NCBI RefSeq assembly: GCF_044704955.1
Contig: NC_091999.1
Coordinates: 32,116,001 to 32,180,000, forward strand
Source of the DNA: Pristiophorus japonicus
Taxonomy: Eukaryota
Direction of reading: 5' to 3'
DNA: 64,000 nt
Part shown: one piece after another, positions 49,710 through 64,000 of the stretch
Numbering within the stretch: position 1 is the stretch's first letter
Layout of the letters: each line of letters opens with the position of its first letter
Position numbers and translations under genes: made by a program
Notes under the pieces: generated by a model
Database searches by the model: none
What the model was told of the DNA's origin: nothing
Seen by the model: only the letters and a program-made list of their open reading frames with translations

Positions 49710-52700
49710 TGAGTGACCATAACATGGTTGAATTTCACATTCAATTAGTGGAGGGTGGGGTGGGGGGAGCTGGTGGGTGAGAGTTGGTTCACAAACCAGC
49801 GTCCTAAGTTTAAATGAAGGATACTATGAGGGCAGAGTGGACTGGGAAAATAGATAAAGGGATGGGACAGATGATGAGCAGAGGCAGATATTTAAGGAGA
49901 TATTTCATAACTCGAAACAAAAATATATCCCAATGAGAAGGCAACACTGCATGAGATAGGGATAACCATCCGTGGCTAACTAAGGAAATAAGGGAAGGTA
50001 TCAAATTTAAGACTAGTGGGAGGTCAGAGGATTGGGAAACTTTTAAAAGCTAGCAAAGAAATAATAAATGATAAAGAGAGGGAAGATATATTATGAAAGT
50101 AAACTAGCATGAAATATACAAACAGATAGTAAGGGTTTCTACAGGTGCATAAAAAGGAAAAGTTTGGCTAAAGTAAATATTGGTCACCGAGACAATGAGA
50201 CTGGGCAATTAATTACGGAGACCAAGGAAATGGCAAAGTCGTTGAAGAAATATGTTGTATTTGTCTTCACGGTATAATACATTAAAAACATTCCAATAGT
50301 GGAACATCAATGGCTATAGGGAGGGAGGAAGTTATTACAATCATGATCACTAATGAAGTAGTACTTGGTAAAATAATGGAACTCAAGACGGACAAGTCCC
50401 CTGGAGCTGACGGATTACATCTTCGGGTCCTAAAAGTAGTGACTGCAGAGATAGTGGATGCTTTGGCTGTAATCTACCAAAATGTCCTGGATTCTGGGGC
50501 GGGCCCAGCAGATTGGAAAATTGCAAATATAACGTCACAATTTAAAAATGAAGGCAGACAAAAAGCAAGAAACTATATGAGACGAACGTCAGCCATTGGG
50601 AAAAAAGTTGGAGTCCATTCAGGAAGCAGTAGCGGGACATTTGGAAAAGCATCATTCAATCAAGCAGAGTCAGCATGGTTTAATGAAAGGGAAATCATGT
50701 TTGACAAATTTGCTGGAGTTCTTTGAAGATGTAACGAGCAGAGTGGATAAGGGGGGACCAGTGGATGTGGTGTATTTGTATTTCCAGAATGCATTCGATA
50801 AGATGCCATATAAAAGGTTATTGCACAAGATAAAAGTTCACGGAGTTGTGGTTAATATACTCGCATGGATAGCGTATTGGCTAACTAGCTGATCGGTTAA
50901 TCGGGATATTTGGGTCATTTTCTGGTTGGCAAACAGTGACTAGTGGGGTGCCGCAGGGATCGGTACTTGGTCCTCAACTATTAACAATCTATAGTAATGA
51001 CTAGGATGAAGCCACTGAGTGTAATGTTGCCAAGTTTGCTGATGATACAAAGATGGGTGAGAAAGCAAATTGTGACGTCGACACAAAAATCTGCAAAGGG
51101 ATTTAGACAGGCTAAGTGAGTGGGCAGAACTGTAGAGGATATTGTACGAGAGTACTGCGTAAGGTTTTGGTCTCCATATTTAAGGAACGATATAATTACA
51201 TTGGAGGCTGTCCAGAGAAGGTTTACTATGATGAGTCCGGAGATGAGGAGGCTGACTTATGAAGATAGGTTGAGTAGGTTGAGCCGGTACACATTGGAGT
51301 TCAGAAGAATGAGAAGTGATTTTACTGAAACATAGGATAACGAGGGGACTCAACAAGGTGAATCCAGAGAGGATATTTCTTATTTTTTATGTACTTATAT
51401 TTTTATATTTATATTGCACTGGGCACAGTAGCTGTTTATATTACACTAGACCTTGTCTTTATAATACACTAGACCCTGACTCTGTGTGTATTACACTGGG
51501 CCCTGCCTCTGTTTATATTACACTAGACCCAGTCTCCCTTCATGTTGCACTAGGTCGTGTATCATTGCACTTCACAAGAAGTCCCAGCAGATTGGAAAAC
51601 TGCAAATGTAAAGCGCCTATTTAAAAAAGGAGGAAGCCGGAAAGCAGGAAACTATAGACCAGGTAGCCTAAAATCTGTGTTTGGCAAATTGTTAAATAAG
51701 CTTTAGCAGGATATTTGGAAAAGCATAATTCGGTCAGGCAGAGTCAGCATAAATTTATGAAGAGGAAGTCATGTTTGCAAAAATTGCTGGAAATCTTTGA
51801 GGATGTAACGAACAGGGTGGATAAAGGGGAACCAGTGAATGTGGTGTATTTCGACTTCCAGAAGGCATTTGACATGGTGCCACATAAAAGGTTACTTCAC
51901 AAGATAAACCTTCACGGGGTTGGGTTTATATATTAGTATTGATAGAGGATTGTCTAATTAAAAGAAAACAGAGATTCGGGCTAAATTGTTCATTCTCGGT
52001 TTGGCAATCAGTAAATGGTGGCGTGCCGCAGGGATCAGTGCTGGGGTCCCAGCTATTTACAATCTATACTAACGAATTGAATGAAGGGGGGGGGGCGTTG
52101 ACAGATGTGAGGAAAAGCAATATGTAAGGAGGACACAAAATATCTGCAAAAGGACATAGACAGGCCATGTGAGTGGGAAAAACTTTGACAGATGGAGTAT
52201 AATGTAAGAAAGTGTGAGATCATGCACTTTGGCATTACAAATCAAAGAGCAACGTTTTAATTAAATGAAGAAATATTGCCAAGTGCTGCAGTACAGCGGG
52301 ACCTGGGGGTACTTGTGCATGAAACACAAAAGGTTAATATGCAGGTAAAGGAAGTGATCAGGAAGGTAAATGGAATTTTGGCCTTTATTACAAAGGGGAT
52401 GGAGTATAACAGCAGGTTGGTCTTGCTACAGTTGTACAAAGTATTGGTGAGGCCACACCTGGAAAAATGCGTACAGCTTTGTTTTCCACATTTACGAAAG
52501 ATTATACTTGCTTTGTAGGCAGTCCAGAGAATGTTCACTAGGTTGAATGCGGAGATGAGGGGCTTAATTGACGAGGAATGGTTGAGGAGGTTCGGCATCT
52601 ACTCATTGGAATTCAGAAGAATGAGTAGTGATCTTATCGAAAAGGTGGCGACAGAGAGGATCTTTCCACTGATAGGGTAGACTGGAACTCGGGGCATAAT

Positions 52701-52995
52701 CTTAGAATAAGGGGCCGACCAGTTAACACTGAGATGAGGAGGAACTTCTTTTCTCAGAGGGTTGTAAATCTGTGGAATTCATTGCCTCAGAGAGCTGTGG
52801 ATTCCGAGAAATTGAATAATTTTAAGACAGAGATAGACAGTTTTTATGCGATAAGAGATTAATGGGTTACGGCGAGCACACAAGGAATTGGATCTGAATC
52901 CATGATCGGATCAGCCATGATCATATTGAATGGCGGAGCAGGCTCGAGGGGCCGTATGGCCGACTCCTGCTTCTATTTCTTATATGCTTATGGTT
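49710..52995 (+). mobile_element. Two degenerate CR1 ORF2 fragments (49710-51370 and 51580-52995)
   Basis: [50 protein letters not shown] and RPHLE.CVQ relics with stops and frameshifts. Confidence 0.85.
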
Positions 52996-53119
52996 TTCTA
53001 ATGTTACAATGTCTGTTTGTGTTGGCCTAGGCTCAGTGTGTCTCAATTTGCTCCGGTCTCAGATAGTTTTGGGATAAACTCGCACGCCAAGGAATGTATC
53101 TCTATTTATTGTAGAACAG

Positions 53120-56100
53120 ACCCTGTCTTCGTTATTTGTGCACTTGACCATGCGTCTGTTAGATAGACAGAAGATATATAGACGGTGGATAGATATTAAT
53201 AAAAATAAAGATATTTATGTGTGTGGGTGGGAGGATGCAATACTTTTTTGGTTAGAACATAGGTTTCGTTTCACTAATAGGTAACAAGAGTTGTGGGCAA
53301 TGTCAAATTGATCTGGTATTGTGTCTGTAATATTTGTGTGAGCGGATGGGGTGAACATTGTAACAATCTCCCAGAGATGGACTGGGATTGAGGGACAGGA
53401 CTGAAGGGGAGCAATTCACTGCACTTTGCACTACTTAGTGGCACTCGGTGTGTTAAAGATTACTAATTCATACTTGTGTTGTCCTGTGCCAATTGCTCCC
53501 AGTTCTTTAATGTTAAGGATTGTTTTTCCTGCAGTATTTTCTATTGAGCTTTCACGTGACCCATTGATTGTGTCAGACCGAGCCTGGAACCGTGATCTCA
53601 GAGTACCGCCGGATGTGCGGCCGCAGGGTCCAAACATCCACCGGAATATAAATCATCTGCTTAAGACGAACAACTGAAAAGAGCACACACACAGTGNNNN
53701 NNNNNNNNNNNNNNNNNNNNNNNNNNNNNNNNNNNNNNNNNNNNNNNNNNNNNNNNNNNNNNNNNNNNNNNNNNNNNNNNNNNNNNNNNNNNNNNNNNNN
53801 NNNNNNNNNNNNNNNNNNNNNNNNNNNNNNNNNNNNNNNNNNNNNNNNNNNNNNNNNNNNNNNNNNNNNNNNNNNNNNNNNNNNNNNNNNNNNNNNNNNN
53901 NNNNNNNNNNNNNNNNNNNNNNNNNNNNNNNNNNNNNNNNNNNNNNNNNNNNNNNNNNNNNNNNNNNNNNCATAAGGTGTGCAAGTGCATTCCACAAAGG
54001 TAAACTATTAGCTCCAACCATTATTTTTCAGCATTTTATTTTATTCAACAGCTAACTGCAGGTCGTTTAATACCTTTAACATTTATTGATAACACATTGT
54101 CTTGCTTGCTCTTCTTTAGAAAGCGATGTCACACTGACCATTCTGTTATCAAGTTGACCATGTATGTCCGCAGTATTCAGTGGGAAAGTGGATTAAATCA
54201 CACCGAGAATAATGAGCATCCAGCCACCAGTCTCAGCGCTTTATTGTCCAGTGATCACCTCACCATCACACAGAATCCGCTGATATACACGTCAAGTGTA
54301 TGATTATTGGTGCAAGTGATGGTAAGCATGAAACTTCACCTGTACCTGGCATGAGGTTAATAAATCTGTAACTATCGGACTTATTGTCTCTCTCATTACG
54401 CCAGACCCCTTCGCAGTTTTTACTGCAGTAGACTCAGACTCAGTTTTTTTGGTTGATGTGATGGACTTCCAAAAGGCATTTGATAAAGTGCTTTGATAAT
54501 ATCCTTGCCAGCAAAGTTGAAACCCATAGAATATAAGGGACAGTGGCATCATGGATATGAAATTGGCTGAGTGACAGGAGTCAGAGAGCTGTGGGTTTTT
54601 TTTGGACTGGAGGGAGGTATACAGTGGTGTTTCGCAGCGGCTGGTTCTAGGAACATTGCTTTTCTTGATTTATATTCATGACCTGGATTCGGGTGTACTG
54701 GGCACAAGTTCAACATTTTCAAACGATTCAAAGCTTGGAAGTTTAGTGAACAGTGAGGAGAGGAGGATAGTGATGACTTCAAGAGGACAGCGACATGCTG
54801 GTGGAATAGACGGACACGTGGCAAATGAAACGCAGAAAAGTGTGAAGTTATACATTTTGGTAGGAAGAACGAAGAGAGGAACATTAACTGAAGGGTACAA
54901 TACTAAAAGCTGTGATGAACGTAGGGACCTGGGGCTATATATGCAAAAATCTTTGAAGGTGGCAGGGCAGGTTGAGAAAGTGTTTTAAAAAACATATGGG
55001 ATCCTGGGCTTCATAAATAGAGGAATAGAATATATAAGCAAAGAATTTATGATGAACCTGTGTAAAACACGGTTTCGACCTCAACCTATTACTGTGTCCA
55101 ATTCTGGGCACCGTACTTTAGGAAGGATGTGAACGCCTTAGAGCGGGTGCAGAAAATATTTACTTGTGGTTCCAGGGATAAGGTACTGCAGTTATGTGGA
55201 TAGACTGGAGAAGCTGGGGTTGTTTTTCTTAGAGCACAGAATTTTGAGATGAGACAAAATAGAGGTGTTCTGAATCATAAGGGGTCGAGACAGAGTAGCT
55301 GGAGACAAACCGTTCCCATTGGCGGAAGGGTCGAGAACAGGATACAGATTTATCACAATTGCAGAACAACCTAAATTTACATGTGGAAAAATTAGGATCT
55401 GGAATGCACTGCCTGAAAGAGTGGTGGAGACAGATTCAATCATGGCATGGAATTGGATAAGTTCCTGAAGGAAGAACAATCACAGGGTTACCGGAAAGGG
55501 CAGGGGAGTGCACTAGCTGAAATACTCTTGCAGAGGGCGGCATGCTCTATACGGGCCGAATGACTCTCTTCTGTGCCATAATTCTATAATTCTATACACC
55601 AGGGACTGTCTCAGGTATTACTATGCGAGACCCTCTTCAAGTTTATATAACCCCAGCCACAACGTTAAAAATTCACTCGCTCCACCACCGGCGCACCATG
55701 TCTGCAGTGATTACTATCCACAAGGTGCATTGCAGCAACTCGCCAAGACATCTTCGACAGCACTTTCCAAACCTACGACCTCTTTCACCTAGAAGAACAA
55801 AGGCCGCAGGCTCCTGGGAACACAATCACCTCCAAGTTCGCCTCCAAATCACACACCATCTTGACTTGGAAATTTATTACCATTGCTTAATAATCGCTGG
55901 GTCAAATTCGTGGAACCCGCTCTCTAACACTGTGGGAGTGCCTTCACCACACGGTCTACAGCGGGTCAAAGGGGCAGCTCACAACCTGCTTCTCAAGACC
56001 TATTATGGATAGGCAATTAATGTTGGCCTTGATTGCACTGTCTGAATGATTGCTGAGACAGATTCAATCATGGCATGGAATTGGATATGTTCCTGAAGAA

Positions 56101-59100
56101 AGAACAATCGCAGGGCTACGTGAAAGGGCAGTCGAGTGGACCAGCTGAAATACTCTTGCGGAGAGCGGCATGCTCTATATGGGCCGAATGACTCTCACCC
56201 CCGCATGACAGGAATGAACAAATCAATGTCCCTGTATCAGCAATTACTGCACTAGGCCCTACCTCAGTTATTACAGTAATAGAACTATTAATATTGTATT
56301 AGGCCCTGTCTCATATATTACTGGAATAGGCAATGCCTTTGATTCTATTACACAAGTCCCCGTCTCTGTTAATATTAAACTAGACACGGACGCTGTATAT
56401 ATTACTCTAGACCCAACATTTCACTTTACTAAAATAGACAATGTCTCTGCTTCTGTTAAATTTGACCCTGTCATCGTTATTAATGCACTAAGCACTGTAA
56501 CTCACAGGTCAGGTACAGCATGTGCCAGATACAGAGTAAACCGACCTCTACACTGTCACATCGAACATTCCCAGGACAGGTACAGTACGGGTTAGATACA
56601 GAAAAATGGACTCTATACACAGTCCCATTAAATACTTACAAGGTAGGTACCGTACAGGTTACATACAGTGTAAAGCTCCCGCGACTCTGTCCCATCAAAC
56701 ACTCCCAGGGCAGGTGCAGCACGAGTCAGATCCAGAGTAAAGCGAGCTCTACACTGTCCCATCAAACACTGGGGCAGGAAGAGCACAGTTTAAATACTCC
56801 CAGGTAGTTTCATGCACAGGTCACATCTTGGTTTAAAGCTCCCTCTACGCATTCCAATCAAGTTGATTCGAGGCGTAACATTAGGGTTCAAGGAAAACTT
56901 TTGTTAGATTTTAATATCTAGTTGTGGGAGATGGCCAATTATCCATTCTTGAGAGACAATAGGAAAAGTAGGAATAGGAGAGGGAGAGGATACAGGGAAT
57001 CTCCACTTACACATTTGTGATGTTACTATAGGCGGTGAATAGGATCTTTCCCCATTCTGTCCATGGGTATCATCTTTACTTTATTCTCCTATAATTTAGA
57101 GAAATGCCCCCCCAAAAAATTTCTACTGGAATCCGTTAAGAAATTTGCATTTATTTCTCTGTTTATTTCTATGCTGTGTTGGTGGGGAAACATTTAAATT
57201 GTTTCTGTCACTCAATACTCTAATCTGGGACTTCTATTGCTGTGTTTATTTACATAACCGACTCACTGGGTCCCATGAAATGTTCATGGCTGTAAAATCA
57301 GATTAACAGAGTTATTTATTGATTCGTCTCCTCTCACAACAAATGTTTATTTTAAAAATATTGAAAGTTGGTACAACATTAATAGAAAATTCTCCCAACA
57401 GTGAGGTTTGCTTCAGTTTTGTTCAATTAGAACAGATGTCATTCATACCAAAGGAATATATAGTAAAATGAATAATTCAGTTCTGACAGCTCTACTGCCA
57501 AAATTAATGGAACATCTCTGAAAAGGCTGCTATTCCACTGGATCTCCATTTAGTGGAAGATTTAAACCATTGAAAATAAACAAGTAAAATGGGTGACCAG
57601 AGGAGTGTCCTACAATCACATTAATATCTGGGCTTTTCACATATCGCAACTTGCATTTACAAATGTTGACATTTAGAAACACCTTGCATTTATATAGTGA
57701 CTTTCTTGACCTCATGATGTCCCAAATTGTTTTACAGCCAATGAATTACTTTGGAAGTGTGCTCACTGTTGTAATGTAGGAAACGCGGCAGCCAATGTGT
57801 GTGCAGCAAGCTCCAACAAAGAGCATGAAATATTGATCAGATAATTTGTTTTTCAGATGTTGGTTGAAGTGTAAATATTTGCACTGGAAACCCTGGAGAA
57901 CTCATGTGCTCTTCAGTATAGTGCCATGAATCCTTTAAATCCAACTGAGCAGAAAGTTGAATCCTCAACTTATTGTCTGCCCCGAAAGACGTTATCTCTG
58001 ACAGTGCAGCACTCCCTCAGTACTGGCGCCGGGCGTGTCGGCATAGATTATTGGCTCAGGTTTCTGGAGTGTGGATTAATATCTGTGACCTTCTGATTCG
58101 CAGGCCAGAGTGAACCCACTGAGCCGAGCCTTGGACATCTAACAGCGTGTACTTTAAAATGTTCACATTCAGCTCATCGTGTCTGAAGTTCAGGGCCTGA
58201 GTCCAGTCTTATAGCGATCTATTTAGTTTCAGGGGCGAATTCTCTTATTTTGCCTGGGATGTCATTCTCACACTGGGATTTCCACTGGGTCGATATAAAA
58301 GTGACACCGACTCCGCAAGGAACATCTGGATGTGCCTTAGGTAGAAGGACTCACGGAACTTGAGCTGCACCATCAAAGCAACTGGAAGCTAGGATTGTTC
58401 TCCTTAGAGACGAGCACGTTATGGGCCACTTAATAGAGGTGTTCCAAATCATGAAGAGTTTTGATGGGGTAAATTGGGAGATACTCCATCACTTCCCCCA
58501 TCATCCCTCTCGCCATCCACCCGTCTCTCCTTCCTTCCCTCCCTTCATTCTTACCTCCGTACATACCTCCATCCCTACCTCTATCAAGCGCTCCCTTCCT
58601 GCAACCATCCCTCCCTCCCTCCGCCCATCCCTCCACCGTTCCATCACTTCATCCCTCCCTTGCTCCACTCCACCCTCCACTCTTTCCTCCCTCAGTCCAA
58701 ACGATTATTATTGTTCCCTTTGCAGAGTTTCTGCTTCCATCGATGACGATTCCCCAGCTGGAATTTTCTGCACACAATTCCTTCAGCGGGTTTTCATATG
58801 TATTAACAAATAAGAGACAGAGCGATGGCAAATATATATATTGAAGCCCCCACCCGAAAAAAACAGACAAGAAAAAAAATGCTTACCTTTCAGGAGAGGT
58901 AGTTGGCTGGGGAACTGTCACTGGGTCGAAGTTCTGGCTGCGGCAGTCACGATATATTTCCTTTTTTAAATAAAAAAAATAAGTTAACAATTTTTTAAAA
59001 ATTACAAGACATCGTCGGCTTTCAGCTGCTCTTTTTTCCTCCGCCATTTCGCTGTTGAGGACTGGGCAGCGCCAGCCTGGAGCTCGCTGCATTGTGTGTA

Positions 59101-59200
59101 CGGGATGGTAGGACGCAAGCTCTCACTACGTGGCCAGACTTGGAGAAGCTGGGGTTGTTCTCCTTACAGCAGAGAAGGTTGAGGGGAGATTTACCAGATT
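53120..59200. repeat. Segmental duplication unit C
   Basis: Collinear with 42850-49140. Confidence 0.88.
53697..53970. other. Assembly gap (274 N)
   Basis: Run of N at the position of a (TG)n tract in the paralog. Confidence 1.
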
Positions 59201-59439
59201 GGTACCAGGGATGAATGACTGGAAACCCTAGTTCAGCCCCAGCTAGAGTATTGTGTCTAAATTTGGGCACCATACTTTTGGTAGGACGTGAAGAATTCCG
59301 AGAGGATCTAGAAGAGATTTACTGGAAATGTATCAGGGATGGAGGATTGAAATTATATGGAGAGACTAGAGAAACTGGAGCTGTTGTCCTTAGACCAGAA
59401 AAGGTTAAGAGGAGAGGAGATTTAGTAAATGATAAGCAC

Positions 59440-60652
59440 ATAAGAACATAATAAAAAGGAGCTGGAGTCGGCCATACAGCCCCTCGAGCCTTTTGCGCCA
59501 CTCAATACAATCATGGCTGATCTGACCATGGACTGATCTCCACTTCCCCGTCCGCTCCCCATAAACCCTTATCCCCTTATCGTTTAAGAAAAGATCAAAT
59601 ATGTCTTAAATTTATTTAATATCCCACTTCCACAGCTCTCTGCGGCAGCGAATTCCACAAACTTACAACTCTCTGAGAGAAGAAATTTCTCCTCATATCT
59701 GTTTTAAATGGGTGCCCCCATTCTAAGATCGTGCCCTCTAGTTCTAGTCTGCCCCATCAGTGGAAACATCCTCTCTGCATCCACTTTGTCAAGCCTCTTC
59801 ATAATCGTATACGTTTCGATAAGATCACCTCTCATTCTTCTCAATTCCAATGAGTAGAGACCCAACCTACTCAACCTTTCCTCATAAGTCAAACCCCTTA
59901 TCCCCAGAATCAACCTCGTGAAACTTCTCTGAACTGCCTGCAAAGCAAGTAAATCCTTCTGTAAATACGGAAACAAAAACTGCACGCAGTATTCCAAATG
60001 TGGCCTCAGCAATATCTTATATAGGTGTAGCATGACTTCCCTGCTTTTATACTCCATCTCCTTTGCAATGAAGACCAAAATTCCATTGGCCTTCCTGATC
60101 ACTTGCTATACCTGCATACTATCCTTTTGTGTTTCATGCACAAGTAACCCCAGGTCCCGCTGTACTGCAGCACATTGCAATCTATCTCCATTTAAATAAT
60201 AATGCTGTTTATTTTCTTTCGGCCAAAGTGCATGACCTCTCATTTTACAACATCAGACTCCATCTGGCAATTGTTTTCTCACTTACTTAGCCTGTCTATG
60301 TCTTTTTGCAGATTTCTTGTATCCTCCTCACACACTACTTTTCCTTCCATCTTTTTATCGCCAGCAAGCTTGGCTACGTTACACTCAGTCCCTTATTCCA
60401 AGTAGTAAATGTAGATTGTAATTAGTTGAGGTCGCAGCACTGATCCCTGCGGCATGCCACTAGTTACTGGTTGCCAACTAGAGAATGGACCATTTGTCCC
60501 GACTCTCTGTTCTTTGTTCCAATCCTCTATCCATGGTAATATATTACCCCTAGCCCCGTGATCTTTTATCATGTGCAGTAACCTTTTATGTGGCACTTTG
60601 TCAAATGCTTTCTGGAAGTCCAAAGAACCCTATCCAATGGTTCCCCTTTATC
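59440..60652 (-). mobile_element. CR1 LINE 3' fragment
   Basis: Minus ORFs [14 protein letters not shown]...PQGSVL and RKANGIL...RPHLEYCVQF...RRMRGDLIE; antisense tail cataagaacata. Confidence 0.88.
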
Positions 60653-63600
60653 CGAGAGGCAGCGGGAGTTCGTGGTCGCTGAGGCGTGAGTCCGGGGATC
60701 GGCAGAGGCCTATAAAAGGCCGCGAGAGGCAGCGGAAGTTCGTGGTCGCTGAGGCGTGAGTCTTGGGATCAGCAGCGGCTTATAAAATGCCGCGAGAGGC
60801 AGCGGGAGTTCGTGGTCGCTGAGGCGTGAGTCCGAGGATCAGCAGAGGCCTAGAAAGGCCGCGAGAGGCAGCGGGAGGTCGTGGTCGCTGAGGCGTGAGT
60901 CCGGGGATCAGCAGAGGCCTATAAACGCCGCGAGAGTTCGTGGTCGCTGAGGCGTGAGTCTGGGGATCAGCAGAGGCCTATAAAGACCGCGAGAGGCAGC
61001 GGGAGTCCGGGGATCAGCAGAGGCCTATAAAGGCCGCGAGAGGCAGCGCGAGTCCGCGGATCAGCACAGGCCTATAAATGCAGCGGGAGTTCGTGGTCGC
61101 TGAGGCTTGAGTCCGGGGATCAGCAGAGGCCTATAAAGGCCGCGAGAGGTAGCGGGAGTTCGTGGTCGCTGAGGCGTGAGTCCGGGGATCAGCAGAGGCC
61201 TATACAGGCGTACTTGTGCAGCTACAGGGAGAAGGAAAAAAAAGGAACATAAAGTTGACGTCACAGCCTAGGAGGTAAGTGATTGACTGGTGATTGGTGA
61301 GTAGCTTTGCTTTTTCTTTTTTTTATCAGTCAGTAACTTTTAACATTGTTGTTGCCAATTTAAGTGTATCTAAGTGTTAATTCATGGCAGGAGAACTCGC
61401 TTGGGTGTAATGCTCCTGCTGTATCATGTGGGAACTCAGGGACACTTCCGGTGTCCCTGACGACTATGTGTGTGGGAAGTGTATCCGCCTCCAGCTCCTG
61501 ACGGACCGCGTTGCGGAATTGGAGCTGAGTGTGCATTAACTCTGGAGCATCCGCGATGCTGAGAATGACGTGAGTAGCACGTGTTGCGAGTTGGTCTTAC
61601 CGCAGGAGAAGGTTCCACAGCCAGATAGGGAATGGAAGACCAGCAGGAAGAGTAGTGCAAGGAAGGTAGTGCAGGGGTCCCCTGTGGTCATCCCCCTGCA
61701 AAACAGATATACTGCTTTGAATGCTGTTGGGGGGGATGACTCATCAGGCGAGGGCAGCAGCAGCCAAGTTCATGACACCGTGGCTGGCTCTGTTGCACAG
61801 GAGAGCACGAAAAAGAGTGGGAGAGCGATAGTGATAGCGGATTCAATTGTGAGGGGAATAGATAGGCGTTTCTGCGGCCGCAACCGAGACTCCAGGATGT
61901 TATGTTGCCTACCTGGTGCAAGGGTCAAAGATGTCTTGGAGTGGGTGCAGGACATTCTAAAAAGGGAGGGAGAACAGCCAGTTGTCGTGGTGCACATTGG
62001 TACCAACGACATTGGTTAAAAAAAGGGATGAGGTCCTACGAAACGAATTTAAGGAGCTAGGAGCTAAATTAAAAAGTAGGACCTCAAAAGTAGTAATCTC
62101 GGGATGCTACCAATGCCACGTGCTAGTCAGAGTAGGAATCGCAGGATAGCGCAGATGAATACGTGGCTTGAGCAGAGTGCAGCAGGGATGGATTCAAATT
62201 CCTGGGGCATTGGAACTGGTTCTGAGGAAGTTGGGGCCAGGACAAACCGGACGGTCTGCACGTGGGCAGCACCAGAACCAATGTCCTCGGGGGAGTGTTT
62301 GCTAGTGCTGTTGGGGAGGAGTTAAACTAAAAATGCAGGGGGATGGGAACCAATGCAGGGAGACAGAGGGAAACAAAAAGGAGGCAAAAGCAAAAGACAG
62401 AAAGGAGATGAGGAAAAGTGGAGGGCAGAGAAACCCAAGGCAAAAAACAAAAAGGGCTACTGTACAGCAAAATTCTAAAAGGACAAAGGGTGTTAAAAAA
62501 ACAAGCCTGAAGGCTTTGTGTCTTAATGCAAGGAGTATCCGCAATAAGGTGGATGAAGTAACTGCGCAAAAAGATGTTAACAAATATGGTGCGATTGGGA
62601 TTACGGAGACGTGGCTCCAGGATGATCAGGGCTGGGAACTCAACATCCAGGGGTATTCAACATTCAGGAAGGATAGAATAAAAGGAAAAGGAGGTGGGGT
62701 AGCATTGCTGGTTAAAGAGGAGATTAATGCAATTGTTCGGAAAGACATTAGCTTGGATGATGTGGAATCTATAAGGGTAGAGCTGCAGAACACCAAAGGG
62801 CAAAAAACGTTAGTGGGAGTTGTGTACAGACCTCCAAACAGTAGTAGTGATGTCGGGGAGGGCATCAAACAGGAAATTAGGGGTGCATGCAATAAAGGTG
62901 CAGCAGTTATAATGGGTGACTTTAATATGCACATAGATTGGGCTAGCCAAACTAGAAGCAATACGGTGGAGGAGGATTTCCTGGAGTGCAGAAGGAATGG
63001 TTTTCTAGACCAATATGTCGAGGAACCAACTAGGGGGGAGGCTATCTTCGACTGGGTGTTGTGTAATGAGAGAGGATTAATTAGCAATCTCATTGTGCGA
63101 GGCCCCTTGGGGAAGAGTGACCATAATATGGTGGAATTCTGCATTAGGATTGAGAATGAAACAGTTAATTCAGAGACCATGCACCAGCACTTAAAGTAGG
63201 GTAACTTTGAAGGGATGAGGTGTGAATTGGCTAGGATAGATTGCCGAATGATACTTAAGGGGTTGACTGTGGATGGGCAATGGCAGACATTTAGAGACCG
63301 CATGGATGAACTACAACAATTGTACATTCCTGTCTGGCGTAAAAATAAAAAAGGGAAGGTGGCTCAACCGTGGCTATCAAGGGAAATCAGGGATAGTATT
63401 AAAGCCAAGGAAGTGGCATACAAATTGGCCAGAAATAGCAGCGAACCCGTGGACTAGGAGAAATTTAGAACTCAGCAGAGGAGGAGAAAGGACTTGATTA
63501 GGGCAGGGCAAATGGAGTACGAGAAGAAGCTTGCAGGGAACATTAAGGCAGATTGCAAAAGTTTCTACAGATATGTAAAGAGAAAAAGGTTAGTAAAGAC

Positions 63601-64000
63601 AAACGTAGGTCCTCTGCAGTCGGAATCGGGGGAAGTCATAACCGGGATCAAAGAAATGGCAGACTAATTTAACAGGTACTTTGGTTCGGTATTCACTAAG
63701 GAGGACACAAACAACTTTCCGGATATAAAAGGGGTCAGAGGGTCTAGTAAGGAGGAGGAACTGAGAGAAATCTTTATTAGTTGGGAAATTATGTTGGGGA
63801 AATTGATGGGATTGAAGGCCGATAAATCCCCAGGGCCTGATGGACTCGATCCCAGAGTACTTAAGGAGGTGGCCTTGGAAATAGCGGATGCATTGACAAT
63901 CATTTTCCAACATTCCATTGACTCTGGATCAGTTCCTATCGAGTGGAGGGTAAACAATGTAACCCCACTTTTTAAAAAAGGCGGAAGAGAGAAAACAGGG
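60653..64000 (+). mobile_element. Second 5'-complete CR1 LINE, degenerate, running off the window end
   Basis: ~70-bp 5' monomer array (60653-61205), broken ORF1 from 61384, APE domain 62333-63199. Highly similar to 19180-21980 but with stops and frameshifts. Confidence 0.93.

Overview
Cartilaginous-fish (shark-type) genomic DNA. Bases ~200-18800 hold one complete IgM heavy-chain cluster on the minus strand: promoter, leader, VH, a D-J block, Cmu1-Cmu4 with secretory tail, and TM1/TM2. The leader, V, J and four C exons are open and splice in phase. Two things depart from the usual cluster. First, there are no separate D segments: an unrearranged VH with a 23-bp RSS faces one 65-nt pre-fused D(D)J block carrying a 12-bp RSS. 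This is a partially germline-joined V--DJ layout that needs only one RAG step. Second, both TM1/TM2 splice junctions lack a G, so the canonical KVK membrane tail cannot be formed. A full-length CR1-type LINE with a target-site duplication sits head-to-head about 390 bp upstream of the VH start codon. The remaining ~40 kb is repeat-dense: CR1 fragments, Deu-domain SINEs, 27-bp and 67-bp minisatellites, two N gaps, and a block present in three diverged copies with exon-like relics I cannot identify. All assignments come from reading the sequence and recalled family knowledge; no searches were run.
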